Source: an uncultured Gemmatimonadales bacterium
GTDB taxonomy: Bacteria > Gemmatimonadota > Gemmatimonadetes > Gemmatimonadales > GWC2-71-9
DNA: 64,000 bases
Assembly: GCA_963825055.1 (NCBI GenBank)
Contig: CAWGSK010000008.1
Location: 32,001 to 96,000 of the forward strand
Direction: 5' to 3'
A program made the position numbers and the translations under genes. This document shows, in pieces, positions 39,409-50,969 of the stretch. The number at the start of each line of letters is the position of its first letter. Position 1 is the stretch's first letter. Under the pieces are notes generated by a model. That model was not told where the DNA came from. It saw only the letters and a program-made list of their open reading frames with translations, and did no database searches.

Positions 39409-42400
39409 GCCTTCGCTCCGTCCTCGAGGCTTTCGACCGGGCGCCGGTAGCCCGCCAGGTCGCCGGGGCGTTGCCGTCCCAGGGTACCTCCCTCCGCCTG
39501 GGAGGGTTGCCCGGTTCGGCGGGAGCGATGGTGGTCGCGTGGCTTGCCATGCGTTTCCCGCAGCGGCTGTTCGCCGTCATCGCGCCGACACCCGCGGAGG
39601 CCGAGCGCTGGCTCAGCGACCTCCAGTCGCTGAGCGACGAGCCGGTGGCCCTCTATCCGCAGCGGGAAAGCCTGGGCGAGGAAGAGCCACACTACGAGAT
39701 CGCAGGCGAGCGCGCCGAGACCCTGGAGGCGTTGCTCACCGGCCGCCTGCGGCTGCTGGTCACCACCGCCCGTGCCACGGCGGAGCGCACCAGGGTGCCG
39801 GGGACGCTGCTCGACCTGCGACTCACCCTGCAACAGGGCTCGCGCCGCCCCCTCTCCGAGGTAGTGACACGCCTCGAGGCGATGGGCTACCACCGGGTGC
39901 CGTCGGTAACCGAGGTGGCCGAGTTCAGCGTGCGCGGCGGTATCGTGGACGTCTACGGCTTCGGCATGGCGGATCCGGCGCGTTGCGAGTGGTGGGGTGA
40001 CGACCTTCACAGCCTCCGCTCCTTCGACCTCACCACCCAGCGCTCCGGCGAGGCGCTGGCCGAGGTCACCATATTGCCCCTTGCCACGCCGGCGGCGGAA
40101 AGCCAGGGCCGGGGTTCCGGCCCGGCGGCAGACCCTTCTCGACCTCCTCCCGGCCGACACGATGGTCGTGGAGGAATCACGCGGGCCGGATGACGACGAA
40201 GTCGGGCGCGCGTGGGATGAGGCGGAGCATCACCTGGAGGTCGCGCGCCGGCTGGGAGAGGACGTGCCGAACCGCGAGGCGCTGTTCCAGCCACCCGCGG
40301 AATGGCGCTCCGCGATGGACCGCTTCGGCCGGCTGCTCATGCAGGAGGGCGCGGGCGACCTCCAGGTCGGGCTCCTGCCGCCGGAGAAGATCGACCGGAA
40401 CCTGAACCGGCTCCGGAGCGTGCTGGCCGGCACGCTGCCGACGATGATTCTCTGCGACAACGAGGGCCAGCGCGAGCGGCTGGACGAACTGCTGCACGAG
40501 GACGCGCGGGTGCCCGTCAATGCCGCGCTCATGGTCGGATCGCTGGACGGCGGGTTCGTCATGCCGACGCTCCGGGTACTCACCGACCACGAGATCTTCC
40601 GCCGGGCGCGGCGGCTCCGCCGTCCGCGCCGGTACCGTCAGGCAGCCCCGTCCTCCGCGACCGGCGCACTCACGCCGGGTGACTACGTCGTGCACCTCGA
40701 CCATGGCATCGGGCTCTATCGCGGGATCGACACCATCACCGTCGGTGGGGGCGCGTTCGAGGTGGCGGTGGTCGAGTACGAAGGCGGCGACCGGCTGAAC
40801 GTGCCGCTCTACCGTCTGGACCAGCTCGAGCGCTATCGCGCGGCCGGCGAGGACGGGGACCAGCTGCCGCCACGCCTGCACCGCCTCGGCGGCACCACCT
40901 GGACGAAGACACGCGAGAAGGTCCGCGCGGCGATCCGCATGATGGCGAGCGAGCTGCTCGACCTCTACGCCCGCCGGACGGTGTCGGCCGGCTTCGCCTT
41001 CCCGCCGGACACGCGCTGGCAGCGCGAACTGGAGTCCAGCTTCCTCTATGAGGACACGGTGGACCAGGTCAAGGCGACGGTCGAGGTGAAGCAGGACATG
41101 GAGCAGCCGAAGCCGATGGACCGCCTCCTGGTGGGCGACGTGGGCTACGGCAAGACGGAGATCGCCGTGCGCGCGGCGTTCAAGGCAGTGCAGGGCGGGA
41201 AACAGGTGGCGGTGCTGGTCCCGACCACGATTCTGGCGGAGCAGCACGGCCGGACGTTCGTCGAGCGGCTCGCCGACTACCCCGTGAAGGTGGAGGTGCT
41301 GAGCCGATTCCGGACCGGGAAGGAACAGAAGGAGGCCATCGGGCGGCTGGTGACGGGCCAGACCGATATCGTCATCGGGACCCACCGGCTCCTGTCGAAA
41401 GACGTCACCTTCCACGACCTGGGGCTGCTCATCGTTGACGAGGAGCACCGGTTCGGGGTGCGACACAAGGAGCGGCTCAAGGCGCTCAAGCTCGCGGTGG
41501 ACGTGCTGACACTGACCGCGACACCGATTCCGCGCACGCTCCACCTCTCCCTGGCCGGCCTGCGCGACCTCACCCTGATCGAGACCGCGCCCCGGGACCG
41601 TTCGCCCATCATCACGTTCGTCGAGCCATGGGATGACGGGCTCCTGGAGGAGGCCTTCGCCAGGGAGCTGGACCGGGGCGGGCAGGTCTTCGTGGTGCAC
41701 AACCGGATCGAGACGATCGCGACGATCGCGGAGCGGGTGCGGAAGCTGGCCCCGCGGGCGCGAATCGGCGTGGCGCACGGACAGATGCCGGCCGACGAGC
41801 TCGAGCGGGTGATGCGCGGGTTCGTGTCGGGGGAGGTCGACATCCTCGTCTCCACCATGATCGTGGAATCCGGACTGGACGTACCCAACGCGAACACGAT
41901 GATCGTGCACGATGCCCACCGCTTCGGCCTGGCGCAGCTCTATCAGCTCCGGGGCCGGGTAGGCCGGAGCCACCGCCGCGCCTACTGCTACCTGCTCGTG
42001 CCCGACGGCGTGACGCCCGAGGGAGAGGATCGGCTCAAGGTGCTCGAGCATCATTCCGAACTCGGGGCCGGGTACCGTATCGCCCTCAAGGACCTGGAGT
42101 TGCGGGGTGCCGGAAACCTCCTGGGGTCGGAGCAGTCGGGGCATGCGCACGCCATCGGGTTCGACCTGTACCTGCGCTGGCTGGAGGAGACCGTCCGGGC
42201 GATGCAGGGGAACGGGGCAGTGGAGAACCCCGCCCCGCCGGACGTGGTTCTGGACCGGCCAGCCCAGCTTCCCGACACCTACGTGCCCGACGATGACGCC
42301 AAGCTCGATCTGTACCGCCGACTGGCGCGGGCCACGTCATCTGGCGAGATTCATGAGTTGCGCGCGGAGATCCGCGAGCGATTCGGGCCTCTCCCCCCGG

Positions 42401-42699
42401 AAGCCGAGACCCTCCTCCACATGACCCGACTGCGGGTCGTCGGTGCGGAACTCGGGCTCCAGCACGTCCTCGTGCGGGGGGACGAGGCTCGCCTGACCTT
42501 CCGGCAGGGGGCGGCTCCCCGGCTGGCCCATCTCACGATGGCCCTGGACGATGTCCAGCTGGCCGCGGAGGTGCGCCGGACGGTGCCGCTGTCGCTCCGG
42601 CTTACCCGGCTGGGTGGCGAGGCCATGCTGCCTGCGCTGGTGCGCGCGCTGTCGGGCGAGGGCGGTCCGGGCGGAGAGAACGAAACACAGGCGGGTTGA
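39405..42699 (+). CDS. mfd: Transcription-repair coupling factor, frameshifted near 40100-40110
   Basis: N-terminal FSVRGGIVDV in one frame; GDYVVH, GDVGYGKTE, DEEHRFG, TATPIPRT, QLRGRVGR and DLELRGAGNLLG in the next frame. Confidence 0.93.
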
Positions 42700-42757
42700 G
42701 TGCGGTGGCCGGGAGTGTCCCGGTGCCGGCGCCCGCGTCCACAGCACAGGAGAAGGC

Positions 42758-44185
42758 ATGCGCCGAGTGTGGTTGCTGGCAGGTCTGGTGTTCCTCGCAG
42801 GGTGTGACAATTCGCTGTTCAAGGCCCACGCAGACGTGGCGGCCGAGGCGGCGGGACAGGACCTCACGAGCGAGCGGCTGGCCGCCATCATGGGCGACAC
42901 GAAGGGAATCCGGATCACCCGGGATGCCGCGGAAATGGTGAGCAATATCTGGATCGACTATACGCTGTTCTCCCAGGCCGTGGCCAGGGGGACGATCCCG
43001 ACCGACTCGGCGTCGATCGCCGAGGCGATGTGGGCCAGGATCGCCGAGATCCGCGGATCCCGCTGGTTCGACACGCTGGTGGCGCGGCAGGCCACGGCCA
43101 GGCCGGCCGATGCCGACCGGTTCTATGCGGCCGACTCGGCGCGCGTGCTGCAGCACATCCTCTTCCGGGTCGAGCCGAGCGCGGAGCCGCCGGCCAAGGC
43201 GAAGGCCAGGCGCGCCGCTGAGGCGACCCTGGCCCGTATCCGGGCGGGTGCCGACTTCGGCTCCCTCGCCACGGAACTTTCCGGCGATCCCGGCAGTGCC
43301 CGTGACAGCGGCTACTACCCGCCGACGCCGCGAGGCACGTTCGTCACCGCGTTCGACAGCGCCGGCTGGGCGCTCGGGCCGGGAGAAGTGAGCGGCGTGG
43401 TGGAAACGCCGTTCGGGTACCACATCATCAAGCGGCCGACGCAGCAGCAGGCACAGGCGCGGATCCTGAACTACCTGCAGACCGCCGCGGGCGCGCAGGT
43501 GGACTCGCTCTACCGGGACAGCCTCGCCAGGGTACGGGACCTCAAGGTGTCGGGTGACGCGCCGGCGCTGATCCGCGGCGCCGTCACCGATCCGCAGGGT
43601 GCCGCGAACTCCTCCAAGACCGTCGCGAGCTGGAAGGGCGGGAAGTTCACCCAGGGCGACCTGATGCGCTGGATCTACGCGCTGCCGCCGCAGGCGGTAT
43701 CACAGGCCAACCAGGCGCCGGATGAGCAGCTGGCCCAGTTCGCCCGGCTGCTGGCCGAGAACGAGTTGCTGCTCCGCGAGGCAGCGGAGCAGGGAATCGG
43801 CCTGACCCCGGATGAATGGCAGACGATGCAGCAGGAGTATCGTGCCGAGGTCGACACGCTGGAGGTCGTGCTCGGCCTGGGCCAGGACGTGACCGACTCC
43901 AGCGTGGCGAAAGATGAGCGCTCGAAGGTTGCCGCGCTCAAGATGGAGCAGTATTTCGACGGCCTGGTGAAGGGTACCAGCCGGGTCCGCCGGCTGCCGG
44001 CGCCGCTCAGCACCATCCTGCGCAAGCAGGGGAAATGGAAAATTAATGAAGCGGGACTGACCCATGCCGTGGAGATCGCCGAGGCCGCCAAGGGCCCGGA
44101 TTCGACCGCCGCGCCGGCGCCGGGCGGGATGCAGCCCGCCCCGGGCGCGCCGCCCCTGGCGCCGGACTCCGGCGCCGGGAAGTAG
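42758..44185 (+). CDS. Parvulin-type peptidyl-prolyl isomerase lipoprotein
   Basis: AGGAG RBS, lipobox LAGC, HILF, S.DPGSA and VETPFGYHIIK. Confidence 0.85.
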   Translation: MRRVWLLAGLVFLAGCDNSLFKAHADVAAEAAGQDLTSERLAAIMGDTKGIRITRDAAEMVSNIWIDYTLFSQAVARGTIPTDSASIAEAMWARIAEIRGSRWFDTLVARQATARPADADRFYAADSARVLQHILFRVEPSAEPPAKAKARRAAEATLARIRAGADFGSLATELSGDPGSARDSGYYPPTPRGTFVTAFDSAGWALGPGEVSGVVETPFGYHIIKRPTQQQAQARILNYLQTAAGAQVDSLYRDSLARVRDLKVSGDAPALIRGAVTDPQGAANSSKTVASWKGGKFTQGDLMRWIYALPPQAVSQANQAPDEQLAQFARLLAENELLLREAAEQGIGLTPDEWQTMQQEYRAEVDTLEVVLGLGQDVTDSSVAKDERSKVAALKMEQYFDGLVKGTSRVRRLPAPLSTILRKQGKWKINEAGLTHAVEIAEAAKGPDSTAAPAPGGMQPAPGAPPLAPDSGAGK

Positions 44186-44210
44186 TCGCAGCAGCGGAGG
44201 AGCAGGAATC

Positions 44211-45530
44211 ATGAACACACGCACACTCGTCCTGGCACTCGCACTGGGCTGGGCGGCCCCCGCGGCCGCCCAGGCCCCGGTGATTCCCGACAGCGCTGCG
44301 GTGGACTACATCGTAGCGGTGGTCGGGAATTCCGCCATCCTGAACTCGCAGGTGGCGGAGGAGATGTTCCAGCAGCAGAGCGGCGGCCGGACCATCCCGA
44401 CGGACCCGGAAGGCCAGGCCGCGGTCCGGCGCGAGATCATCAACGACCTGATCGACGTCGAGCTGGCCGTCCAGCAGGCACAGCGGGACACCACCATTCG
44501 CGTCACGCCCGAAGAAGTGGCGACTGCCGTGGAGCAGCAGGTCCAGAATCTCCGCAAGCGCATCCCATCGGAACTGGACTACCGGAATGAACTCAAGAAG
44601 GCGGGCTTCGCGACGCCGGAGGAATACCGCCGCTGGCTGACGGACCAGCAGCGGCGGGTGCTCCTGCACAACAAGCTGATCGACCATCTGCGCCAGAGCG
44701 GGAAGCTGGAACCGGTCTCGCCCACCGAGCAGGAGATGCGGGACTACTTCGACCAGGCGAAGGGGAACCTCGGCAAGCGCCCCGCCACCATCAGCTTCCG
44801 GCAGATCGTCGTGGCGCCGCAGCCGTCTCCCGCGGCGAAGCAGGCGGCGAAGCAGCTCGCGGATTCCATCGCCACGGCGCTCCGGGAGAATGGCGGCGAC
44901 TTCGCCACCGCGGCACGCCGCTTCAGCGACGATCCCGGCTCACGGGACAAGGGTGGCGACCTCGGCTGGTTCCGCCGCGAGGCCATGATCCCCGAGTTCA
45001 GCCGGGTGGCCTTCCTCCTCAAGCCCGGTGTCATCAGCCAGCCCGTGGAGAGCCCGTTCGGCTATCACATCATCCAGGTGGAGCGGTCGCAGCCGACCGA
45101 AGTGCAGGCCCGGCACATCCTGATCACCCCGAAGGTGACCGATGTCGAGGTGGACAGCGCCAAGGCGCGCGCGGAGCGGATCCTGGCCCAGGTGAAGGCC
45201 GGCGCGTCATTCGACTCACTACAGCGCCTCTACCACGATGGTGCCGAGGAAAAGGGAGTCGATGACGTGCCCGTCGGCCAGTTGCCCGACCCGTACCCGT
45301 CGGTCCTGGCCACCGCCGACAGCGGGGCCGTGGTGCCGCTCGAGTTGGCGGGGCAGGGTGACGCGCACGGCAAGTACGCCGTCATCCAGGTGACCGGGCG
45401 GAAGACCGAGGGTGACGTGCGGTTCGAGGACGTGCGGGACGTCATCCGCCAGCGCCTCAGCCGTGACCTGTCGCTGCGCCGGTATTATGACCGCCTTCGC
45501 GAACACGCCTACATCGACATCCGGATTTGA
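44211..45530 (+). CDS. surA: SurA-like periplasmic chaperone / PPIase
   Basis: IVAVVG N-domain, SDDPGS..KGGDLGWF and ESPFGYHII; synteny with pdxA. Confidence 0.8.
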   Translation: MNTRTLVLALALGWAAPAAAQAPVIPDSAAVDYIVAVVGNSAILNSQVAEEMFQQQSGGRTIPTDPEGQAAVRREIINDLIDVELAVQQAQRDTTIRVTPEEVATAVEQQVQNLRKRIPSELDYRNELKKAGFATPEEYRRWLTDQQRRVLLHNKLIDHLRQSGKLEPVSPTEQEMRDYFDQAKGNLGKRPATISFRQIVVAPQPSPAAKQAAKQLADSIATALRENGGDFATAARRFSDDPGSRDKGGDLGWFRREAMIPEFSRVAFLLKPGVISQPVESPFGYHIIQVERSQPTEVQARHILITPKVTDVEVDSAKARAERILAQVKAGASFDSLQRLYHDGAEEKGVDDVPVGQLPDPYPSVLATADSGAVVPLELAGQGDAHGKYAVIQVTGRKTEGDVRFEDVRDVIRQRLSRDLSLRRYYDRLREHAYIDIRI

Positions 45531-46468
45531 GCCCCAGGATCGCTGTCACGCTGGGCGATCCGCGGGGGATCGGCCCGGAGATCACCGCAAAGGCGCTGGC
45601 CGAGCCGCTGGACGCCGAGGTGACGGTGATCGGCGCGGAAGACCAGGTGGCCGCCGTTCCGGCGGACCATCGCATGGCGGTCGGTGCCTGGGGCCAGGGG
45701 TCGGGTGACGGGCCGCCGGGTCCGCCCCAGCGCCCCCGCGCCATCCGGGCCGGCGCCCTCACCGGCCATGCCATCGAAGCCGCCGCCCGTCTCGCCAACG
45801 AAGGCCGGGCAGACGCCATCGTCACCGCTCCCGCCAACAAGCAGGCACTCCACCTCGCCGGATTCCCCTGGCCGGGCCATACCGAGTGGCTCGCGCACCT
45901 CGCCGGGGACGTCGATGTCGCCATGATGCTCGCGGCCGACCGGCTGCGCGTCGTCCTGGTGACCACGCATGTGGCGCTCCGCGACGTTCCTGCGCTGATT
46001 ACGGTGGACCGCGTGGTCCGCACCGGTACGGTCACGCGCCGCGCCCTGACGGAGTGGTTCGGGATCGCTGACCCCCGGCTGGCCGTGTGCGCGCTCAACC
46101 CGCATGGGGGGGAGGGTGGCCTCTTCGGCGACGAGGACGAGCGGGTGCTGGCGCCCGCCGCAGCCCGGCTGGGTGCGGCGGGCCCGCTGCCGGCCGACAC
46201 GGTGTTCGTGCGGGCCATGCGGGGGGAGTTCGACGCGGTGCTGGCACCGTATCATGACGTCGGCATGACCGCCATCAAGGTCGCGGCGTTCGGGCGGGGC
46301 GTGAACGTGACGCTGGGCCTGCCATGGCCCCGGACGTCTCCGGACCACGGCACGGCGTTCGACATCGCGGGGCAGGGGGTGGCCGATGCCACGAGCATGC
46401 GGCAGGCGCTGGAACTTGCGGTGAAACTCGCGCAGGGACGAGCCGTCGCCGCCCATCGGAACGACTGA
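45527..46468 (+). CDS. pdxA: 4-hydroxythreonine-4-phosphate dehydrogenase
   Basis: GDPRGIGPE, TAPANK, GHTE, LNPHGGE, PADT, YHD and RTSPDHGTAFDIAG. Confidence 0.95.
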   Translation: MSPRIAVTLGDPRGIGPEITAKALAEPLDAEVTVIGAEDQVAAVPADHRMAVGAWGQGSGDGPPGPPQRPRAIRAGALTGHAIEAAARLANEGRADAIVTAPANKQALHLAGFPWPGHTEWLAHLAGDVDVAMMLAADRLRVVLVTTHVALRDVPALITVDRVVRTGTVTRRALTEWFGIADPRLAVCALNPHGGEGGLFGDEDERVLAPAAARLGAAGPLPADTVFVRAMRGEFDAVLAPYHDVGMTAIKVAAFGRGVNVTLGLPWPRTSPDHGTAFDIAGQGVADATSMRQALELAVKLAQGRAVAAHRND

Positions 46469-46505
46469 ACCACTCGTCGCGCGTTTGCGCCTCGTAAACA
46501 ACCTT

Positions 46506-46599
46506 ACCACAAAGGGCACAAAGTACACGAAGGGGGCCGCGTACCGGCCCTCCCGTTTCGTCTTTTTCTGTTTCTTGTGTTCTTAGCGTCCTTTGTGGT
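46506..46599. repeat. Inverted nonamer-based repeat (ACCACAAAG-GGCACAAAG-TACACGAAG ... CTTTGTGGT)
   Basis: Arms at 46506-46532 and ~46574-46599, between convergent genes. Confidence 0.7.
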
Positions 46600-46620
46600 G
46601 AAGCTGTTGCCTGCTGGCGC

Positions 46621-47961
46621 TCAGGCCTGGGGGGTGCCCGCGGCCTGGTCTTCCCGCCGGATCATGCGGACCTTCCTGACGCGCCGGTTGTCCATCCCTG
46701 TAATCTCGAACACCAGTCCATCCGTCCGGACCCGGTCGCCCACGCGGGGAAGCCGGCCGAGGCATCCGAAGAGATAGCCGCCGAGGGTGGTGTAGCTGGT
46801 GTCGTCCAGCTCGGCGTCGTACTCGTTGTTGAAGTCCCCGATGGTCATCGCCCCGTCGATTTCCGCAGTGTCTCCGTCCTCCGGCGTCTCCGAATCCATC
46901 CGGTCGTATTCGTCGTAGATCTCGCCGACGATCTCCTCCAGCAGGTCCTCCATGGTGACGAGCCCCGCCGTTCCGCCGTACTCGTCGAGTACGATGGCCA
47001 GGTGGACCTTGAGCCGCTTCATGTCGGCGAGGACGTCCTCCACTTCGCGCGTGCCCGGCACGAACAGCGGGGGCCGCGCGATCGTCGAGACCCGGGCCTC
47101 CGGATTGGTGCGCAGCGTGATCAGAATGTCCTTCGTGTGGACGACCCCGGTGATTTCGTCGATCGACTCGGTGTAAACCGGATAGCGCGACCGTCTCGCG
47201 GCGGCCACCTCGTCCGCCGCCTCTGCCACCGTGAGACCGCTGGCCAGTGCCACCACCTGGGTGCGGGGCGTCATCACGTCCTCGGCGGTCTTCTCGGTGA
47301 ACTCGAAGACCCCTTCCAGCAGGCGCGCGTCCTCGCCCTCGAGTCGTCCGCTCTCCTCGCTCTGCTCCACCAGCATGCGGATCTCCTCCGGCGAGTGCAC
47401 GCGCTCGTGCTCGCTGGGCGGCTTGATCCGGAAGAGGCGCAGCAGGGCGCTGGCGGTCCCGTTGAGCCCGGCGATCGGAACAGCCATGACCCACGAGAAC
47501 CCGATCAGCGGGAGCGAGACCCATGCGCTCAGCTTCTCCGGGAACAGGAGGGCCAGGGCCTTGGGTACCAGCTCACCGATGATGATGTGCAGTACGGTGA
47601 TAATGCTGAACGCGATAACCGCGGCGACGGTGTGGGTTGCAATGGCAGCGGCCGTGGCCGGCAGCCAGGCGAAGCCGCGCTCGATCAGGTGCGCAAGGGC
47701 GGGTTCGCCGATCCACCCCAGGCCGAGCGACGCGAGAGTGATGCCGAGCTGGGTGGAACTGATGTAGCGGTCGAGGTGTTTGACGGCCCGGGCCGCCGCG
47801 CGCGCGCCGGGCCCCCCCGTCCGGGCCTGTTCGTCGAGCCGGGTATGGCGCGCGCCGACCAGCGAGAACTCGGCGGCCACAAAGAAGGCATTGGCGAGCA
47901 CCAGCAGTACGACGGAGACCAGCCCGAAAACGATGGACCCCGTACTTGAAGGATCGTCCAT
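46621..47961 (-). CDS. Hemolysin/CNNM-CBS-CorC family transporter-associated protein
   Basis: NAFFVAAEFSLV, QLGIT..SLGLGWIGEP, GELVPK, VMTPR, DEYGGTAGLVT.ED. Confidence 0.92.
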   Translation of the reverse strand: MDDPSSTGSIVFGLVSVVLLVLANAFFVAAEFSLVGARHTRLDEQARTGGPGARAAARAVKHLDRYISSTQLGITLASLGLGWIGEPALAHLIERGFAWLPATAAAIATHTVAAVIAFSIITVLHIIIGELVPKALALLFPEKLSAWVSLPLIGFSWVMAVPIAGLNGTASALLRLFRIKPPSEHERVHSPEEIRMLVEQSEESGRLEGEDARLLEGVFEFTEKTAEDVMTPRTQVVALASGLTVAEAADEVAAARRSRYPVYTESIDEITGVVHTKDILITLRTNPEARVSTIARPPLFVPGTREVEDVLADMKRLKVHLAIVLDEYGGTAGLVTMEDLLEEIVGEIYDEYDRMDSETPEDGDTAEIDGAMTIGDFNNEYDAELDDTSYTTLGGYLFGCLGRLPRVGDRVRTDGLVFEITGMDNRRVRKVRMIRREDQAAGTPQA

Positions 47962-48094
47962 GCCCTAACGGTAATACGGTCGGGGCTGCCGGACAGCGCC
48001 GGCGGGCAAACTGCAAGCGGCCAAACGGGTTAGGGACGGCGAGGACGTGACGGTCGTCCTTGATGGCCCGGTCGGGCCTCCTAGATTGCGGGGC

Positions 48095-48988
48095 ATGGCA
48101 GCGATACCGCAGGACTGCGTGACTCCCCCCGTGGCGGGGAATACCCGGCGGCTGTGGCTCGTACTCGGGATCACCGGGCTGGTATTCCTGGTGGAGGCGA
48201 TCGGCGGCTGGCTGGCCGGGTCCCTCGCACTCCTGGCCGACGCGGGTCACATGCTGACCGACCTTGGCGCCATCGCCCTTTCCCTTTTCTCCGTGTACAT
48301 GGCCCGGCGGCCCGCCGACGTCGACAAGACCTACGGGTACCTCCGCTGGGAGATCCTGGCGGCCCTCATCAACGGCGCCGCCCTGTTCGGGATCGCGGTG
48401 TGGGTGGTGGTGGAGGCCATCGGCCGCCTGAGCGAACCGACACCCATCCGGACCGGCCTCTTCCTCATGGTCGCGTCCATCGGCCTGGTCGCCAACCTCG
48501 TCTCCCTGGGGCTCCTGCACCGGCACAGCTCGGGCAGCCTCAACGCCCGCGGGGTCTATCTGCACGTCATGAGTGACGCCCTGGGGTCGGTCTCAGCGCT
48601 GGGGGCGGCCGGGATCATTGCCTTGACCGGGTGGATGGCGGCGGACCCGATCGTCTCCATCCTGCTGTCGCTGCTGATCCTGCGGGGGGCGTGGCGGCTG
48701 GTGAGGGAGAGCACGGACGTCCTCCTGGAGGCCGTCCCGCGGGGGATGGACATGTCCGAGGTCCGGGGGCGGATGCTCGAGGTTCCCGGCGTGTCGGCGG
48801 TGCACGATGTTCATGTATGGACAGTGGGGAGCGGGATGGTCGCCATGAGCGGGCACGCCGTTGTGCCTGACCTGGAGCGTCATCCAGGCGTCCTGGAGGA
48901 GTTGCGGGTGGGGCTGCTCGACCTTGGTATCTGTCATGTCACGGTGCAGGTGGAAGTGACCAATACCTGTGCCGCCGCCGGGGGGTGA
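48095..48988 (+). CDS. Cation diffusion facilitator (CzcD/ZitB-like Zn/Co/Cd exporter)
   Basis: SLALLADAGHMLTD, TYGYLRWE, LHVMSDALGS and HDVHVW. Confidence 0.92.
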   Translation: MAAIPQDCVTPPVAGNTRRLWLVLGITGLVFLVEAIGGWLAGSLALLADAGHMLTDLGAIALSLFSVYMARRPADVDKTYGYLRWEILAALINGAALFGIAVWVVVEAIGRLSEPTPIRTGLFLMVASIGLVANLVSLGLLHRHSSGSLNARGVYLHVMSDALGSVSALGAAGIIALTGWMAADPIVSILLSLLILRGAWRLVRESTDVLLEAVPRGMDMSEVRGRMLEVPGVSAVHDVHVWTVGSGMVAMSGHAVVPDLERHPGVLEELRVGLLDLGICHVTVQVEVTNTCAAAGG

Positions 48989-49111
48989 CCGGGCCGCGGC
49001 CCCGACCACCTTGCCCCCTGCCATACCCCGCACTATATATGGCCGCCGCAGGTGGGCGCCCGGCGGATGCCGGTGCGTCCAGCGGCGAGTTTTCAGGGTA
49101 AGCAGGGCATT

Positions 49112-50953
49112 GTGATCAGGAATCTGGCAATCATCGCGCACGTTGACCACGGCAAGACCACCCTGGTGGATCAAATGCTGCGGCAGGCGGGCGCGTTTCG
49201 CGCAAACCAGCACGTGGAAGAGCGGGTGATGGACTCCAACCCGCTCGAGCGGGAGCGGGGGATCACCATCCTCTCGAAGAACACTGCCATTCGCTGGGGC
49301 GGGCACAAGATCAACATCGTGGATACGCCCGGCCACGCCGATTTCGGCGGTGAGGTCGAGCGGATTCTCCGCATGGTGGACGGGGTCCTGATCCTGGTGG
49401 ATGCCGCCGAAGGCCCGATGCCGCAGACCCGGTTCGTCACGCGGAAGGCGCTGGAACTTGGCCTCCTGCCGATCGTGGCGATCAACAAGATCGACCGGGC
49501 GGACGCCGAGCCCCTCCGGGTGCATGACGAGGTCCTGGACCTCTTCATCGAGCTCGAGGCCAGCCCGGCCCAGCTCGACGCGCCGTTCCTGTACACCTCG
49601 AGCCGGGCGGGCACCGCCACGCACGAGCTGGAGGAACCGGGCACGACACTGGAACCGCTGTTTCAGACCATCCTGGACCACATCCCGGGCCCCTCCGGCG
49701 ACCCGGACGGCCCGTTCCAGATGCTGGTCTCGACGCTCGACTATTCCACCTTCCTGGGCCGGATGGCCATCGGGCGGGTCGAGCGGGGCCGGGTGCACGT
49801 TGGCGACCAGGTGGCCCTGCTCCCGTACGGCGAGCCCGGGCTCGTGACGGACGCCACAGTCCCGAAGGGGCGGATCACCAAGCTTTCGACCTTCGAGGGC
49901 CTGGCCCGGGTGGATATCGAGGAAGCCGTGGCCGGCGACATCGTGGTGGTCTCGGGCATCGCAGAGATCGAGATCGGCAAGACCCTGACCGCCGTGGACA
50001 CACCAGAGCGGCTGGCCGGGATCGCGGTGGAGGAGCCGACCATCTCGGTGGACGTGCTGGTCAACACCAGCCCATTCGCGGGACGCGAGGGGAAGTACGT
50101 CACCAGCCGGCAGGTTCGCGAGCGTCTCTTCAAGGAGCTCGAGCGGAACGTGGCCCTGCGGGTGGAGGAGACCGACTCCCCCGACACGCACACCGTGTCC
50201 GGTCGGGGGGAATTGCACCTCTCGATTCTGATGGAAACGATGCGCCGGGAGGGCTATGAGTTCCAGGTCTCCCGGCCGCGGGTGATCACCCGGACGGGTC
50301 CGGACGGCACGAGGCTGGAACCGTACGAGGAGCTGATGATCGACGTTCCCGAGGACCACGTCGGGACGGTGATCGAGAAGCTCGGCCCCCGCCGCTCGGA
50401 ACTGCTGGAGATGAAGAATCCCGGGCAGAGCATGGTGCGTATGATGTTCCGCATCCCGGCGCGCGGGCTCTTCGGATACCGGTCGGAGTTTCTGACCGAC
50501 ACACGCGGCACCGGGATCATGCATCATCGGTTCCTGGATTACGGGCCGTGGGCCGGGTCCCTGGCGGGGCGCAAGAACGGCGTCCTGGTGGCCGACCGCG
50601 AGGGCTCGGCGGTTGCGTACGCCCTCGGGGGCCTGCAGGAGCGGGCCCAGATGTTCGTGGCCCCGGGGGACCACGTCTACGGGGGCATGATCGCGGGCGA
50701 GAGCAGCCGCCCGGGCGACCTGGACGTGAACGTCACGAAGGAAAAGAAACTGACGAACATGCGCACGACGGCCAGCGACGAAAACGTCATCCTCGAGCCG
50801 CCGCGCCAGATCACCCTGGAGTACGCGCTGGAGTACATCGAGGAGGACGAGCTGATCGAGATTACGCCACAGTCCATCCGCCTGCGCAAGCGGGCGCTGG
50901 ATGTGCATGACCGTAAACGCGCTGCCCGGGCCGCCCGGGCTGATGCATCATGA
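49112..50953 (+). CDS. typA: Translational GTPase TypA/BipA
   Basis: RNLAIIAHVDHGKTTLVD, DTPGHADFGGEVER, GRGELHLSIL.E.MRREG and KKLTNMR. Confidence 0.97.
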   Translation: MIRNLAIIAHVDHGKTTLVDQMLRQAGAFRANQHVEERVMDSNPLERERGITILSKNTAIRWGGHKINIVDTPGHADFGGEVERILRMVDGVLILVDAAEGPMPQTRFVTRKALELGLLPIVAINKIDRADAEPLRVHDEVLDLFIELEASPAQLDAPFLYTSSRAGTATHELEEPGTTLEPLFQTILDHIPGPSGDPDGPFQMLVSTLDYSTFLGRMAIGRVERGRVHVGDQVALLPYGEPGLVTDATVPKGRITKLSTFEGLARVDIEEAVAGDIVVVSGIAEIEIGKTLTAVDTPERLAGIAVEEPTISVDVLVNTSPFAGREGKYVTSRQVRERLFKELERNVALRVEETDSPDTHTVSGRGELHLSILMETMRREGYEFQVSRPRVITRTGPDGTRLEPYEELMIDVPEDHVGTVIEKLGPRRSELLEMKNPGQSMVRMMFRIPARGLFGYRSEFLTDTRGTGIMHHRFLDYGPWAGSLAGRKNGVLVADREGSAVAYALGGLQERAQMFVAPGDHVYGGMIAGESSRPGDLDVNVTKEKKLTNMRTTASDENVILEPPRQITLEYALEYIEEDELIEITPQSIRLRKRALDVHDRKRAARAARADAS

Positions 50954-50969
50954 TGGTGAGGATCCCTGC

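Noticed and set aside
40080..40130. Programmed ribosomal frameshift in mfd
   Set aside because: No convincing slippery heptamer with a stimulatory structure; two other similar breaks favour sequencing error.
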